Under the pieces are notes generated by a model. That model worked only from the letters and a program-made list of their open reading frames with translations, had not been told where the DNA came from and did not search any database. A program made the translations under genes and the position numbers. This document shows positions 1-8,218 of a DNA stretch of 64,000 nucleotides, piece after piece; positions within the stretch are counted from its first letter, which is position 1; every line of letters starts with the position of its first letter. The stretch comes from a virus: positions 1 to 64,000 of IMG/VR virus record IMGVR_UViG_3300029870_000003. One strand, 5' to 3'.

Positions 1-24
1 ATCATCTGATGGGGAAATAGAAAG

Positions 25-62
25 GGAGGGTGTGGCATAAACTTAAGCCACACCCTCTCTCT
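25..62. terminator. Stem-loop gagggtgtggc-(10 nt)-gccacaccctc followed by tctgttttt; intrinsic terminator, possibly bidirectional
   Basis: Perfect 11-bp inverted repeat followed by a T-tract on the plus strand, downstream of the stop of the minus-strand gene at 79. Confidence 0.5.
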
Positions 63-78
63 GTTTTTCCTTTGTCGG

Positions 79-1047
79 CTAGGATAAAATTTCCTGTATT
101 TTCTCTTCATCAACATTCAGGGTCTTTGCTATCATTTCTGCAGTCATGCCAGAGTTTGATAATGCCAAGACGGCAGCACGCAAGGCAGTCTTCTGCTCTT
201 CAAGCACCGCTTTCTGCTCTTCAAGCGCTTTAAGCATTGCATCCTGCTTTTCAAGCATCGCTTTCTGCTCTTCAAGTGCTTTTTTCTGCGTCATGATTAT
301 AGTATCCCTGTCTTCCAGGGCCTGGAAGAACTCATCCTCTGCATTCATCCTGTTTCTGATGTCAGGATTTGCCGCAGCCGACTGGAGACGATGTAGAATA
401 TGAGTCATTTCTGCATCATCCCCATATTTGTTCTCATCCAACTCGAGCATTCGCTGGTCGTCCGGATAAATCTGCGACTGGTCGAAGACACTCAATATCT
501 TCTCCAGGCGATTGTTTACCCTTCCTCTCAGCAGCGGAATCTGGACTATGATGCTGTCGTGCTGCAGACTCTCTACAAATGGGTCTGGCTCCTCCTGGTG
601 TACCTCATTTCCCTCGTAGTCATATATCTTATGCTTGGCATAGATTACGGGTTCCGTAAACTTACCCACGCAATGTCCCAGCAGATACACCGCCACGGTA
701 GGCAGGGCATACTTGCCCTTGGTCTCCTTGCGCATGTTCTCCTTGTTGTTATACTGCACGGCCAGGTATTGGCGGAAGCGCAAGGTCTCCGTCTCCAGCC
801 ATGTTTTCTGCAATTCTATCAGAATCAGCTTCTTGGTTCCATCATCCTCCAATATGGTTGCTGCAAAATCTACACGAAACATGGAGATGGTGTCACGGGA
901 AGTGTTAGGATACTCGTGACGTCGCATTTCTACGGCAATCACCGTTTTCTGCAAGAGTGCAGAAAGCAGGGTCTTGGCTATTCGCTCGTCTTCCATCATA
1001 TATTTGAAGACGGCGTCATAAAGTGGGTTGGCTACGTATATAACCAT
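79..1047 (-). CDS. Rpn-family recombination-promoting nuclease / PD-(D/E)XK transposase-like protein (322 aa)
   Basis: N-terminal hallmark YDAVFKYMMED (compare RpnA HDAVFKQFL); acidic core; C-terminal coiled coil with repeated KALEEQKAxLE; length typical of Bacteroidales Rpn/Transposase_31 proteins. Confidence 0.75.
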   Translation of the reverse strand: MVIYVANPLYDAVFKYMMEDERIAKTLLSALLQKTVIAVEMRRHEYPNTSRDTISMFRVDFAATILEDDGTKKLILIELQKTWLETETLRFRQYLAVQYNNKENMRKETKGKYALPTVAVYLLGHCVGKFTEPVIYAKHKIYDYEGNEVHQEEPDPFVESLQHDSIIVQIPLLRGRVNNRLEKILSVFDQSQIYPDDQRMLELDENKYGDDAEMTHILHRLQSAAANPDIRNRMNAEDEFFQALEDRDTIIMTQKKALEEQKAMLEKQDAMLKALEEQKAVLEEQKTALRAAVLALSNSGMTAEMIAKTLNVDEEKIQEILS

Positions 1048-1159
1048 ATCTTATCCTCCAGATTAATTAAACGTTATGCTATCAAATCTTATGCAAAGAT
1101 TTAGCCAGCGAGCGCAATGAAAGCTTGCTTTCAAATTGCCGAGCGCAGCAAATCTTATG

Positions 1160-1167
1160 CAAAGATA
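1160..1167 (-). promoter_or_regulatory. Bacteroidetes -7 box TAtcTTTG (read on minus strand) upstream of the Rpn gene
   Basis: Plus-strand caaagata is the reverse complement of TATCTTTG; about 110 nt upstream of the ATG at 1047; a related copy lies at 1091-1100. Confidence 0.35.
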
Positions 1168-1529
1168 CGCTGAATAATTGTAACTTCCAAATTTTCAGGA
1201 AGTTTTTTTCGAAAAACATTGATTTAACAATCATGCATAAAAGAAAGAGCGTCTCCGAAATAAATCGGAAACGCTCTTCTTGATGTACACCCTTAGGGGT
1301 CGTACTTGAAATATCCTAACATAGTAAGTTTCAGCGACTTCATTCTATCATGCAAAGATAATGATAACTTTTTTATAACGCAAATTTTTTGGTACTTTTC
1401 TTTGATATTTATACGATTTAAAAATAAGGAAGGCGATTTAATAAGCTGAAAACCAATTAGTTATAAACTTTGTTGTCTTATTCTTAGTTAAAGAGTGTAT
1501 AAAAGCTTGGATATTTGTCCATGATTGTG

Positions 1530-1537
1530 TACTTTTG
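1530..1537 (+). promoter_or_regulatory. -7 box TAcTTTTG inside a 20-nt copy of the Cro-type promoter (TGTGTAyyTTTGCATCCGT)
   Basis: tgtgtacttttgcatccgtcaa at 1526-1547 closely matches tgtgtatctttgcatccgtaaa at 5515-5536, which sits in front of the Cro-like gene. Confidence 0.4.
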
Positions 1538-1543
1538 CATCCG

Positions 1544-1662
1544 TCAATGTGACGATTGATGCAAGAGCTTCGATATTTAACCTGTACTCAATAGGTTCAA
1601 TATATAAATCACGAAATCCCTAGGTCGGCGTCACACGACTTGGGGATTTTTATTTTCCCCGA
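1544..1662 (+). ncRNA. Candidate small RNA: predicted start site downstream of the 1530 promoter, ending at a GU-wobble hairpin plus U-tract (ccctaggtcg...cgacttgggg atttttatttt)
   Basis: No ORF; promoter-like box; 10-bp stem with G-U pairs at 1617-1644 followed by a T-tract; lies in a 970-bp ORF-poor gap. Confidence 0.2.
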
Positions 1663-2018
1663 GTTTTTATTGGCGGTCATGGTAGTTTGTCGGTTAACTC
1701 CACTCGGCTATGCTGACTTAAAACCCAAGCCACAAGAGGAGCATGGTGGCAACGCAGGAACTGATAGCAGAAGGCGTGCAAGGCGGTAACTACACCGAAA
1801 GCTGCTTAGACTAACTGATGTAGATTTATCAAGTAGTCAGATGATGGGGGATGATGGAACTCATCCATGCTCGGAGTCTTAGGTTTTCTTGTCGTTCACG
1901 TACGTGTGCGATAAGGGGAAACCTAGAATCCAAAGGAATCCAAAATCTATCCATTTTTTGATAATTATTTAGATTATTATTAAAACAGAATAATGAACAT
2001 GAACTAAAAATATAGGTT

Positions 2019-2228
2019 ATGAAGAAAATCAAGTGGAAGGTTGTAGCGTTTGTGAGTTGGGTGCTCATGACGTTTCTTGTGATAGATGCTTGCTTTGAAG
2101 CAGTCAACAAGGCTAATACGATAGTGAACATTATGGGCATTCTCGGCATTAACCTTTGGATATTGATTTCAGTTGCAACAAATTGTTTAACATTCAAAAA
2201 TAAGAAAGAGAATGAAAAGAAAGATTAA
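2019..2228 (+). CDS. Small two-TM membrane protein (69 aa), possible NfeD-like partner of the downstream SPFH protein
   Basis: Hydrophobic helices; overlaps the start of the SPFH gene by 17 nt (operon-like). Confidence 0.3.
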   Translation: MKKIKWKVVAFVSWVLMTFLVIDACFEAVNKANTIVNIMGILGINLWILISVATNCLTFKNKKENEKKD

Positions 2229-3018
2229 TCATTTGTGTGTGTTTATGCTGCTCGGTGCAGCGTTGTTTTCGACTACCTCTTGTAGTGAGCGTGTAGATGC
2301 AGGCTCTGAGGGCATCTTGGTGAACCTCTATGGTTCCGACAAGGGAGTAGATGATGTGAGTCTCGTTACGGGTCGTGTGTGGTACAATCCTTTCACCGAG
2401 GAGGTGTACGAGTACCCTACCTATGTTCAGACTATCGACTATCCTGCATTCACAATCAACGCCAAGGATGGCTCGGAGTTCACCGTGGATCCTACCGTAT
2501 CATTGAAGATGGTTGACGGCAATGCTCCAAGAGTATTCAAGAAGTACCGCAAGGGGCTGGACGATATTGTGAATGGTACTTTGTTCAACTACGTGAAGGA
2601 TGCTTTCCGCATTCAGCTGAACAAATACACAACCGACCAAATCGTGAGCAATCGTGATTTGGTGGAGAAAGCCATTGAAGCCCAACTTAGCAAGGCTCTC
2701 GCCAAGGAACATTTCCACCTAGAGCAGCTTACTTCTGGATTGAAATATCCAAGCTCGATTGTTGAAGCTGTCAATCAGAAGAATAAAGCCATTCAGGAAG
2801 CGCAGCGTGCTCTCAACGAGGTAGCCGTGAAGAAAGCAGAAGCAGAGAAGATGCTTGTGCAGGCAAAGGCTGAGCGTGAAGCGAATGAGTTGAAGACTGC
2901 TTCTCTTACCCCTGCTATCTTGCAGAAGATGTGGATTGAGAAGTGGAATGGTGAAATTCCACAAGTTATAACTAGTGGTAATAGTAGTACATTTTTGGAT
3001 ATTAGCAAGCTAAAGTAG
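2212..3018 (+). CDS. SPFH/band-7 (prohibitin-like) domain lipoprotein (268 aa)
   Basis: Signal peptide with lipobox (LFSTTSC); Ala/Glu/Gln-rich coiled C-terminal region typical of SPFH proteins. Confidence 0.5.
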   Translation: MKRKINHLCVFMLLGAALFSTTSCSERVDAGSEGILVNLYGSDKGVDDVSLVTGRVWYNPFTEEVYEYPTYVQTIDYPAFTINAKDGSEFTVDPTVSLKMVDGNAPRVFKKYRKGLDDIVNGTLFNYVKDAFRIQLNKYTTDQIVSNRDLVEKAIEAQLSKALAKEHFHLEQLTSGLKYPSSIVEAVNQKNKAIQEAQRALNEVAVKKAEAEKMLVQAKAEREANELKTASLTPAILQKMWIEKWNGEIPQVITSGNSSTFLDISKLK

Positions 3019-3019
3019 A

Positions 3020-3544
3020 ATGAAGAATAGAGCGATAGAAATAGATGGAGAAACTATAGCCTTGGTTATTCGATACAAAGGTAACGAGATATTTTGCTAT
3101 ATTGATAAGCAAGATTTAGATATTGTTTCCTCTATAAAGGGAACTTGGAATCTTGCGGTCAATCGTAGTGGACATATTGATGGTGTGAAGACCAAAGTGC
3201 AAAAATTGTTGGAGCGCAAACAAGTGTGGTTGCATAATGTTGTTTTTAAAAAGACAAATCCAAGCAATGTTGTAGATCACATAGACCATAATACACTCAA
3301 TAATAGAAAGTGTAATCTTAGAGAGGTTACTCGAAAAGAAAATGCTCAGAATATTTCTACCGCTCTAGCTTCTACAACGAAGCACAGAAATGTGACCATT
3401 GAAGGTAAACGATATAGAGTTAGAATAAATGGTGTTTCTTTTAAGTCATACGATACTTTGGAAGAAGCGATTTCTGTAGCCGATAGAGAAAGAGTAAAGA
3501 TGTTTCCAAAGAGCAATTTGCTTAATCAAAAAATACAATTATAA
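3020..3544 (+). CDS. HNH (HNH_3) homing endonuclease with a C-terminal AP2-like DNA-binding domain (174 aa)
   Basis: Motif VVDHIDHNTLNNRKCNLREVTRKENAQN (H-N-H); C-terminal KRYRVRINGVSFKSYDTLEEAISVADRER resembles an AP2 domain; starts 2 nt after the SPFH stop. Confidence 0.7.
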   Translation: MKNRAIEIDGETIALVIRYKGNEIFCYIDKQDLDIVSSIKGTWNLAVNRSGHIDGVKTKVQKLLERKQVWLHNVVFKKTNPSNVVDHIDHNTLNNRKCNLREVTRKENAQNISTALASTTKHRNVTIEGKRYRVRINGVSFKSYDTLEEAISVADRERVKMFPKSNLLNQKIQL

Positions 3545-3552
3545 CTAATAGC

Positions 3553-3580
3553 CCTCTCTTCGGAGGGGGCTTTTAAATAT
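3553..3580 (+). terminator. Intrinsic terminator gccctctc-UUCG-gagggggc followed by ttttaaatat
   Basis: 8-bp GC-rich stem, UUCG tetraloop, T-tract, immediately after the HNH stop. Confidence 0.6.
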
Positions 3581-4142
3581 ATGCTTATGGCTAGTAGAAG
3601 AGAAGTTCGTAAGAATGGTGCTTGCCATGAATCCTGCTACGTGTTTATATGCATGTATGGCAAGAAGCGTGAGAAGCTATGTGATTTCGGTTGTGTAAAG
3701 ACTGGCAAGCCATGCCGGAACTACATCAACGTGTATTGGAAGATAAGCCGATTCAGACATTATAGCAAGAGAAAGCCGAAATTTCCAACTACGCTTGCTT
3801 GATGCTTGGAAAAAAAGAGTAATGGATTTTTTAAGATATAGTACATGGAAAAAGTATTTAAACAGATAGACAAGATTATTATCATCATAAAAGTCTTGTG
3901 CATGGAGGGTAAAATCCAAAAGAACACGTATGATGAGATTAGATTATCCCTTGTGGATATGGAAGATGAGCTAAACAAGTTAATCAGAAAGGAGGGCTAG
4001 CGTATGACAGAAATGGAAGAAGTCAAGCTTGCGGCATACAATAGCTACAAGCGACACATGAGAGTGTTCGGCAAGGGCAAGGATATTCTTTCCTTTGCCG
4101 AGTGGGAGAAGAAAGCGTGTGAACAATTAAAATAATAGTGTT

Positions 4143-4772
4143 ATGGCAATAGTAAACGTAGATTTGAGTGAGTACGATGCAATACGCAAGCGTAACTCAG
4201 ACTTGGAAGAGCAGGTCAAGGAGTTGAAGAAGCTGAATGATTCCTTGAAGCAGGGTGCAAAGGTTATTCTTCGCAAGGAGACGGTTGTTGTAGAACGAGC
4301 CTTACGTAGAAGAAGTTTCTTTGAGGAAATGAACAATCTGCCACAAGAAAATGATGGGTTTGATGAGAACAGACGCACCATCAAGTCTTCTGAGTCTTAT
4401 GTTAACTTCGAGGACGTTCGTTTGAAGGTTGAGAACGCTATGGAGGATGAGGTTAAGCGTAGTATCTACGACAGAGATTGCGAAAGACGAGCTTATGAAG
4501 ACTTGCAAAATAAGCTTATAAACAAGCAAATCGGAATGAAAGCTGATCTCCAAAAAGAGTACGAAAAGAAGGAGAAGGACCTGGAAGAGAAGTACGCCCG
4601 CATGACCGGCGACTTTGAAGCCGAGAGAATCCGTGTTCGCAACAAGCTTCCGAATATCGCTTCTATGGCTACTGACTTGCGTGATGAGTTGGTTAAGATT
4701 CGCTTCTTCAAGCCAAAGCTAGCAATAAAGCTAGCGAATGATATTATTTCGTATTCTAGCAAAAATGACTAG
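4143..4772 (+). CDS. Coiled-coil hypothetical protein (209 aa)
   Basis: Intact ORF; heptad-like charged sequence (LEEQVKELKKLNDSLKQ...). Confidence 0.45.
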   Translation: MAIVNVDLSEYDAIRKRNSDLEEQVKELKKLNDSLKQGAKVILRKETVVVERALRRRSFFEEMNNLPQENDGFDENRRTIKSSESYVNFEDVRLKVENAMEDEVKRSIYDRDCERRAYEDLQNKLINKQIGMKADLQKEYEKKEKDLEEKYARMTGDFEAERIRVRNKLPNIASMATDLRDELVKIRFFKPKLAIKLANDIISYSSKND

Positions 4773-4842
4773 CAGCGCATGGACAGACTGATAAAGGCAA
4801 TGGATAAGTATTTGTCCGAAGCAAGAAGAAAGCGAGGTAAGT

Positions 4843-5034
4843 ATGAAGGTTAGATTGGCTAAGAAGATTATCAAGAAGCAATGCCGCTATTGGAGAGACA
4901 GACGCATTGACTACGGATTCTCTCTGCTGTTCCCTCATATTGAGGGGCTGAAAAGAGACCATCGCTTCATGAAGGCGAATATCGTAACGAAATGGAGATA
5001 CGCTAAGATAGCAAACAAAAAAAGCAGAGCCTAG
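4843..5034 (+). CDS. Small basic hypothetical protein (63 aa)
   Basis: ORF followed directly by a terminator hairpin. Confidence 0.3.
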   Translation: MKVRLAKKIIKKQCRYWRDRRIDYGFSLLFPHIEGLKRDHRFMKANIVTKWRYAKIANKKSRA

Positions 5035-5057
5035 TGCCCTGCTTTTTTCGTATCTAT
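5028..5057. terminator. Bidirectional terminator aaaaagcag-(loop)-ctgctttttt between convergent genes
   Basis: 9-bp stem flanked by an A-tract and a T-tract; lies between 4843..5034 (+) and 5063..5434 (-). Confidence 0.5.
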
Positions 5058-5062
5058 AGGTA

Positions 5063-5434
5063 TCATCCTACAAGACTCTTGCGCTCTTCTGCAATCTTGC
5101 CGTTGTTCTTCTCCAGGAGCATGTCACGCAACTCCTTGGTGATTCCTTCTTGCACGAGCAGTTTGACCTTCGCTTCCGCCAGTTCCTTCAGCAAAGCATC
5201 ATCGGTTGGCTTGTCTTCCTTGAACATCGAGCCTACACCACGTAAAAGCCATTCTGCTGATACGTCTACGTATGTGGACAATATCTTGTCTACAAATTCA
5301 AGCGATGGCTCCTTTGTGCCATTCAGATAGTTGTTTGTAGCAGCAGGTTTAGCGCCTATAGCTTCTGCAAACCCTCTGTTAGACAATCGGTAATGGTCTC
5401 TTACCTCGTTTATTCTATCTCTAAGTCCCTCCAT
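5063..5434 (-). CDS. XRE-family HTH repressor, cI-like (123 aa)
   Basis: HTH_3 signature ...YRLSNRGFAEAIGAKPAATNNYLNGTKEPSLEFVDKIL...AEWLLRG; divergent from the Cro-like gene. Confidence 0.65.
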   Translation of the reverse strand: MEGLRDRINEVRDHYRLSNRGFAEAIGAKPAATNNYLNGTKEPSLEFVDKILSTYVDVSAEWLLRGVGSMFKEDKPTDDALLKELAEAKVKLLVQEGITKELRDMLLEKNNGKIAEERKSLVG

Positions 5435-5568
5435 TTTATCTAGTGTTTATAAATGTGTAAATAATTAAATTAACTATAAATTAATGTCTACACTCTTGGT
5501 AGTTTGTCTACAAATGTGTATCTTTGCATCCGTAAACGAGAACAAATCTCGTCTTAAAATGTTTTACG
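5435..5568. promoter_or_regulatory. Divergent switch region: operator-like repeats tttATAAATGTGTAaat and tctACAAATGTGTAtct, gtctaca x2, and -7 box TAtcTTTG at 5519-5526
   Basis: Direct repeats of the ACAAATGTGTA core between the cI-like and Cro-like genes; a Bacteroidetes -7 box is oriented toward the Cro-like gene. Confidence 0.4.
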
Positions 5569-5796
5569 TTGCAAATATACAAAATAAATATGAAAAAGGT
5601 TGTAAAAAAAGAAAAAATTCTCATGGACGTGGATAAAATTCCTAATCTGATAGAGAAGTTTGGCTGCGGAAGGTCTACGGTCTACAATGCGCTAGCCTTC
5701 CGATGCAACAGCAAACAGGCTGCTGAAATCCGTTCTTATGCACTGAACTTCTGCGGTGCTGAGAAGGTGAAGGAGTCTAGGATGATTCGACAATAA
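5569..5796 (+). CDS. Cro-like small HTH protein (probable start at the MKKVV methionine, about 5590)
   Basis: HTH-like IEKFGCGRSTVYNAL; divergent from the repressor. Confidence 0.4.
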   Translation: MQIYKINMKKVVKKEKILMDVDKIPNLIEKFGCGRSTVYNALAFRCNSKQAAEIRSYALNFCGAEKVKESRMIRQ

Positions 5797-6006
5797 AGAC
5801 AAGCCGCTAGGCTTTTAGATAAAAGTTGTTAAAGCGTTCAGCCTTCACTCTGCGTGAGTAGGGTGGAGGTTCTTAGAAAAGAGTTAGGTTCTTAGTTTCA
5901 TAATATGCTTTTAGATTATATGATTCATAGACGTTAAGTTTTTAAAAAACAAAGTTTAGTAAGTATGTATTCGAGCACTCCGGTTCGTGAGGATAGGAGT
6001 GTACAT

Positions 6007-6080
6007 GGCATCTTAGCTCAGTTGGCAGAGCGCTGCAAGGATGCTTGCAGAGGTCGGTGGTTCGAGTCCACTGGGTGCCT
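6007..6080 (+). tRNA. tRNA gene with an atypical 8-nt anticodon loop (AGGAUGCU); isotype not assignable by eye
   Basis: Acceptor ggcatct/gggtgcc (two G-U pairs); D-arm gctc-agttggca-gagc; anticodon stem ctgca/tgcag enclosing 8 nt; variable aggtc; T-arm ggtgg-ttcgagt-ccact; discriminator t; no encoded CCA. Confidence 0.55.
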
Positions 6081-6581
6081 CATTCGTTGCGTGAAATTGT
6101 TATTATTATATATAGCAACCGCAACAAGGTCATTGCCATCAAAGAAGGCATAAGCTCTTTGACATATTGGAAAAGTAAAGCCGAGAAAATTCGTTCTAAA
6201 AATAGGGGTGCAGGCGCACTTTTTGTATTTAAAGACAGTTGGATGTGATTAGCCATAATTGCAATAATGCTGCATCCCAACAGCGGTGAGCATGGCTCTC
6301 AAATTCGTGGTAGCGCACGATGCCGCTTCATCCGCCTATGGTGTAACGGAAGCACGCCCGAAAGGAAACAGATGTGTAAATCCTTAACTATTCTTATCAA
6401 ATCGGGAAGATAGGTTCGACTCCTAGATGGTGGACAACGCTTCATATAAATTTATTATATTTTTTAAATGTACATGTTGCAGCGGCAACGATTGTTCATA
6501 GGATAGAAGTATTAAATAAGCAAAGCTCTGCTCGTCCGTGAGGATGGGCAGGGTTATCTTAAACTTAAAAAAAAATAGCGT

Positions 6582-6800
6582 ATGCTTAGATTATTCTCAA
6601 CTCGCTCATATCAAGACCGAGTGAACGATATATACAGACAATTAGAGCGTAACGCTTGGTGTCCCCTTGAGATATTCGAGCGAAAAATACGCAAGATAAA
6701 TATGCTGAACTCCCGAATCAAGAATCTGGCAGCAGACCTTGGACGAGAGGAAGGCGAGTACGAAACTTTAAATACGAAACTTTATGATGAAGAGATATAA
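6582..6800 (+). CDS. Hypothetical small protein (72 aa)
   Basis: ORF at the head of the early plus-strand block. Confidence 0.3.
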   Translation: MLRLFSTRSYQDRVNDIYRQLERNAWCPLEIFERKIRKINMLNSRIKNLAADLGREEGEYETLNTKLYDEEI

Positions 6801-7290
6801 ACCCCTAAAGAGAACTCCAATCAAGAGAACTCCATGGGATAAGGCAAAGAAGGAACAGGAAAAGAAAAAGGCAAAGGCTGGACTCAGTAAAAGCAAGCTG
6901 AGAGACAAGCTTGATGCCGTCTTTTCTAAATATATCCGGCTGAAATACTCAGACGATAGAGGTAATTGCCGCTGTATCAGTTGTGGCAAGGTATTCTATT
7001 GGAAGGATATTCAAAATGGGCATTATATGTCAAGGCGATATATGTCTACCCGATTCAGCGAAGATAACTGCCGACCGCAATGTGTAGCCTGCAATATCTT
7101 CAACCAAGGCAATATTCAGATGTATCGCCGTGCGCTTATCAAGCAGATTGGCGAGCAAAGAGTTGACTTGATAGAGGTTCGGGCAAGGCAAGAAACCAAG
7201 AACTGGAGCCTTTTCGAGTATCAAGCCATGATAGATTTCTATCAGAAAGAAGTAAATAAGCTTCTCGGAGAGAAACATTTAACAATATAA
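6784..7290 (+). CDS. ninG: NinG/Rap-like recombination protein (168 aa)
   Basis: CISCGKVFYWKDIQNGHY...RFSEDNCRPQCVACNIFNQGN matches the lambda NinG pattern CISCG...W.AGHY...RF.E.N...QCV.CN. Confidence 0.75.
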   Translation: MMKRYKPLKRTPIKRTPWDKAKKEQEKKKAKAGLSKSKLRDKLDAVFSKYIRLKYSDDRGNCRCISCGKVFYWKDIQNGHYMSRRYMSTRFSEDNCRPQCVACNIFNQGNIQMYRRALIKQIGEQRVDLIEVRARQETKNWSLFEYQAMIDFYQKEVNKLLGEKHLTI

Positions 7291-7296
7291 TATATA

Positions 7297-7827
7297 ATGA
7301 GTAGTAAATTCGGTACAAAGATTAACGTAGATGCGGTTATCGGATGCCTGCCAAAGAAGGCACATGAGAACGATGCAGCCTACGATTTATTTGTGAAAGA
7401 GAGAACGGAGATTTCTCCAAATCAACGTTGCTATATTTCACTTGGTTTCAGAATACAGCTTCCGCCTAACATGAAGCTTCAGATCCTGCCACGCAGCGGT
7501 CAGTCAGGCAAGGGAATGATACTGAATGTAGATTACCCTTCTTGGTTAGGTGGCGGATTTATGGGTAAGGTAAGAGAGAATTGTGATTCTCTTGTCGGAT
7601 TGATTGATTGCGGCTACGGCAAAGACGTAAAGGCAATAGTCAAGTGTGGCAGTTTCAAGTGGAAGCATCGCCTTTTGCGACTGATTGGATTTAAGTTCTA
7701 TCTTGCTTCCGGAGACCGCATTTGTCAAGGAGCCTTCACATACGTCCCAAGCATCAATCTGGTTGAAGGACCAGTAAACGGCACAAGGGAAGGTCTAGGC
7801 TCGACAGACAAGGATAAGGCTATTTAA
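7297..7827 (+). CDS. dut: dUTP diphosphatase (176 aa)
   Basis: All five dUTPase motifs: ENDAAYDL, PRSGQSGK, GLIDCGYGKD, RICQGAF, REGLGSTDK. Confidence 0.8.
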   Translation: MSSKFGTKINVDAVIGCLPKKAHENDAAYDLFVKERTEISPNQRCYISLGFRIQLPPNMKLQILPRSGQSGKGMILNVDYPSWLGGGFMGKVRENCDSLVGLIDCGYGKDVKAIVKCGSFKWKHRLLRLIGFKFYLASGDRICQGAFTYVPSINLVEGPVNGTREGLGSTDKDKAI

Positions 7828-7894
7828 CTGTTTTCATTTTTCCCTGCCCATTTCTTGGGTAACCCGAGTGTGGGCAGGTTTTTAAAGCACAATC

Positions 7895-8218
7895 ATGAGC
7901 AAAAAGAATATCAGACAGAATTATTTCAACAAAATCAGAAAAGTTACTGAGGACGTTGACAAGGCAGGAGAGCAAGGAAAGCATTTCCGCTGCATCATCC
8001 TCATGGGTGATGCCAACACAAAGCAAGGCTTCTCCTTCATCCACGCATCAGATGCAGACCTGCAGCAGCTTCTCCTTCATGCCATGCGCCATAGCAATGC
8101 GTTCACCTACGCAGCCGCATGCGCTTTCGAGGCATACGACAAGGAGTTAAGAGGTAAAGACAAACAAGAACAAAATAACGAGAATACAGATGAAACAGAT
8201 TCAGTTCAAGAAGCTTAG
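7895..8218 (+). CDS. Hypothetical protein (107 aa)
   Basis: ORF between dUTPase and the ATPase; 3' end overlaps the next gene. Confidence 0.3.
   Translation: MSKKNIRQNYFNKIRKVTEDVDKAGEQGKHFRCIILMGDANTKQGFSFIHASDADLQQLLLHAMRHSNAFTYAAACAFEAYDKELRGKDKQEQNNENTDETDSVQEA

Noticed and set aside
400-1104. Plus-strand 234-aa ORF
   Set aside because: It is antisense to the Rpn-family gene, whose protein has clear family hallmarks.
6330-6436. Possible second tRNA: T-loop-like GGTTCGACTCC (6413-6423) with acceptor-like atggtgga
   Set aside because: No complementary 5' acceptor, D-arm or anticodon arm could be built within 100 nt upstream. It may be a tRNA 3' fragment or att-like remnant, or a chance match; this needs tRNAscan/ARAGORN.
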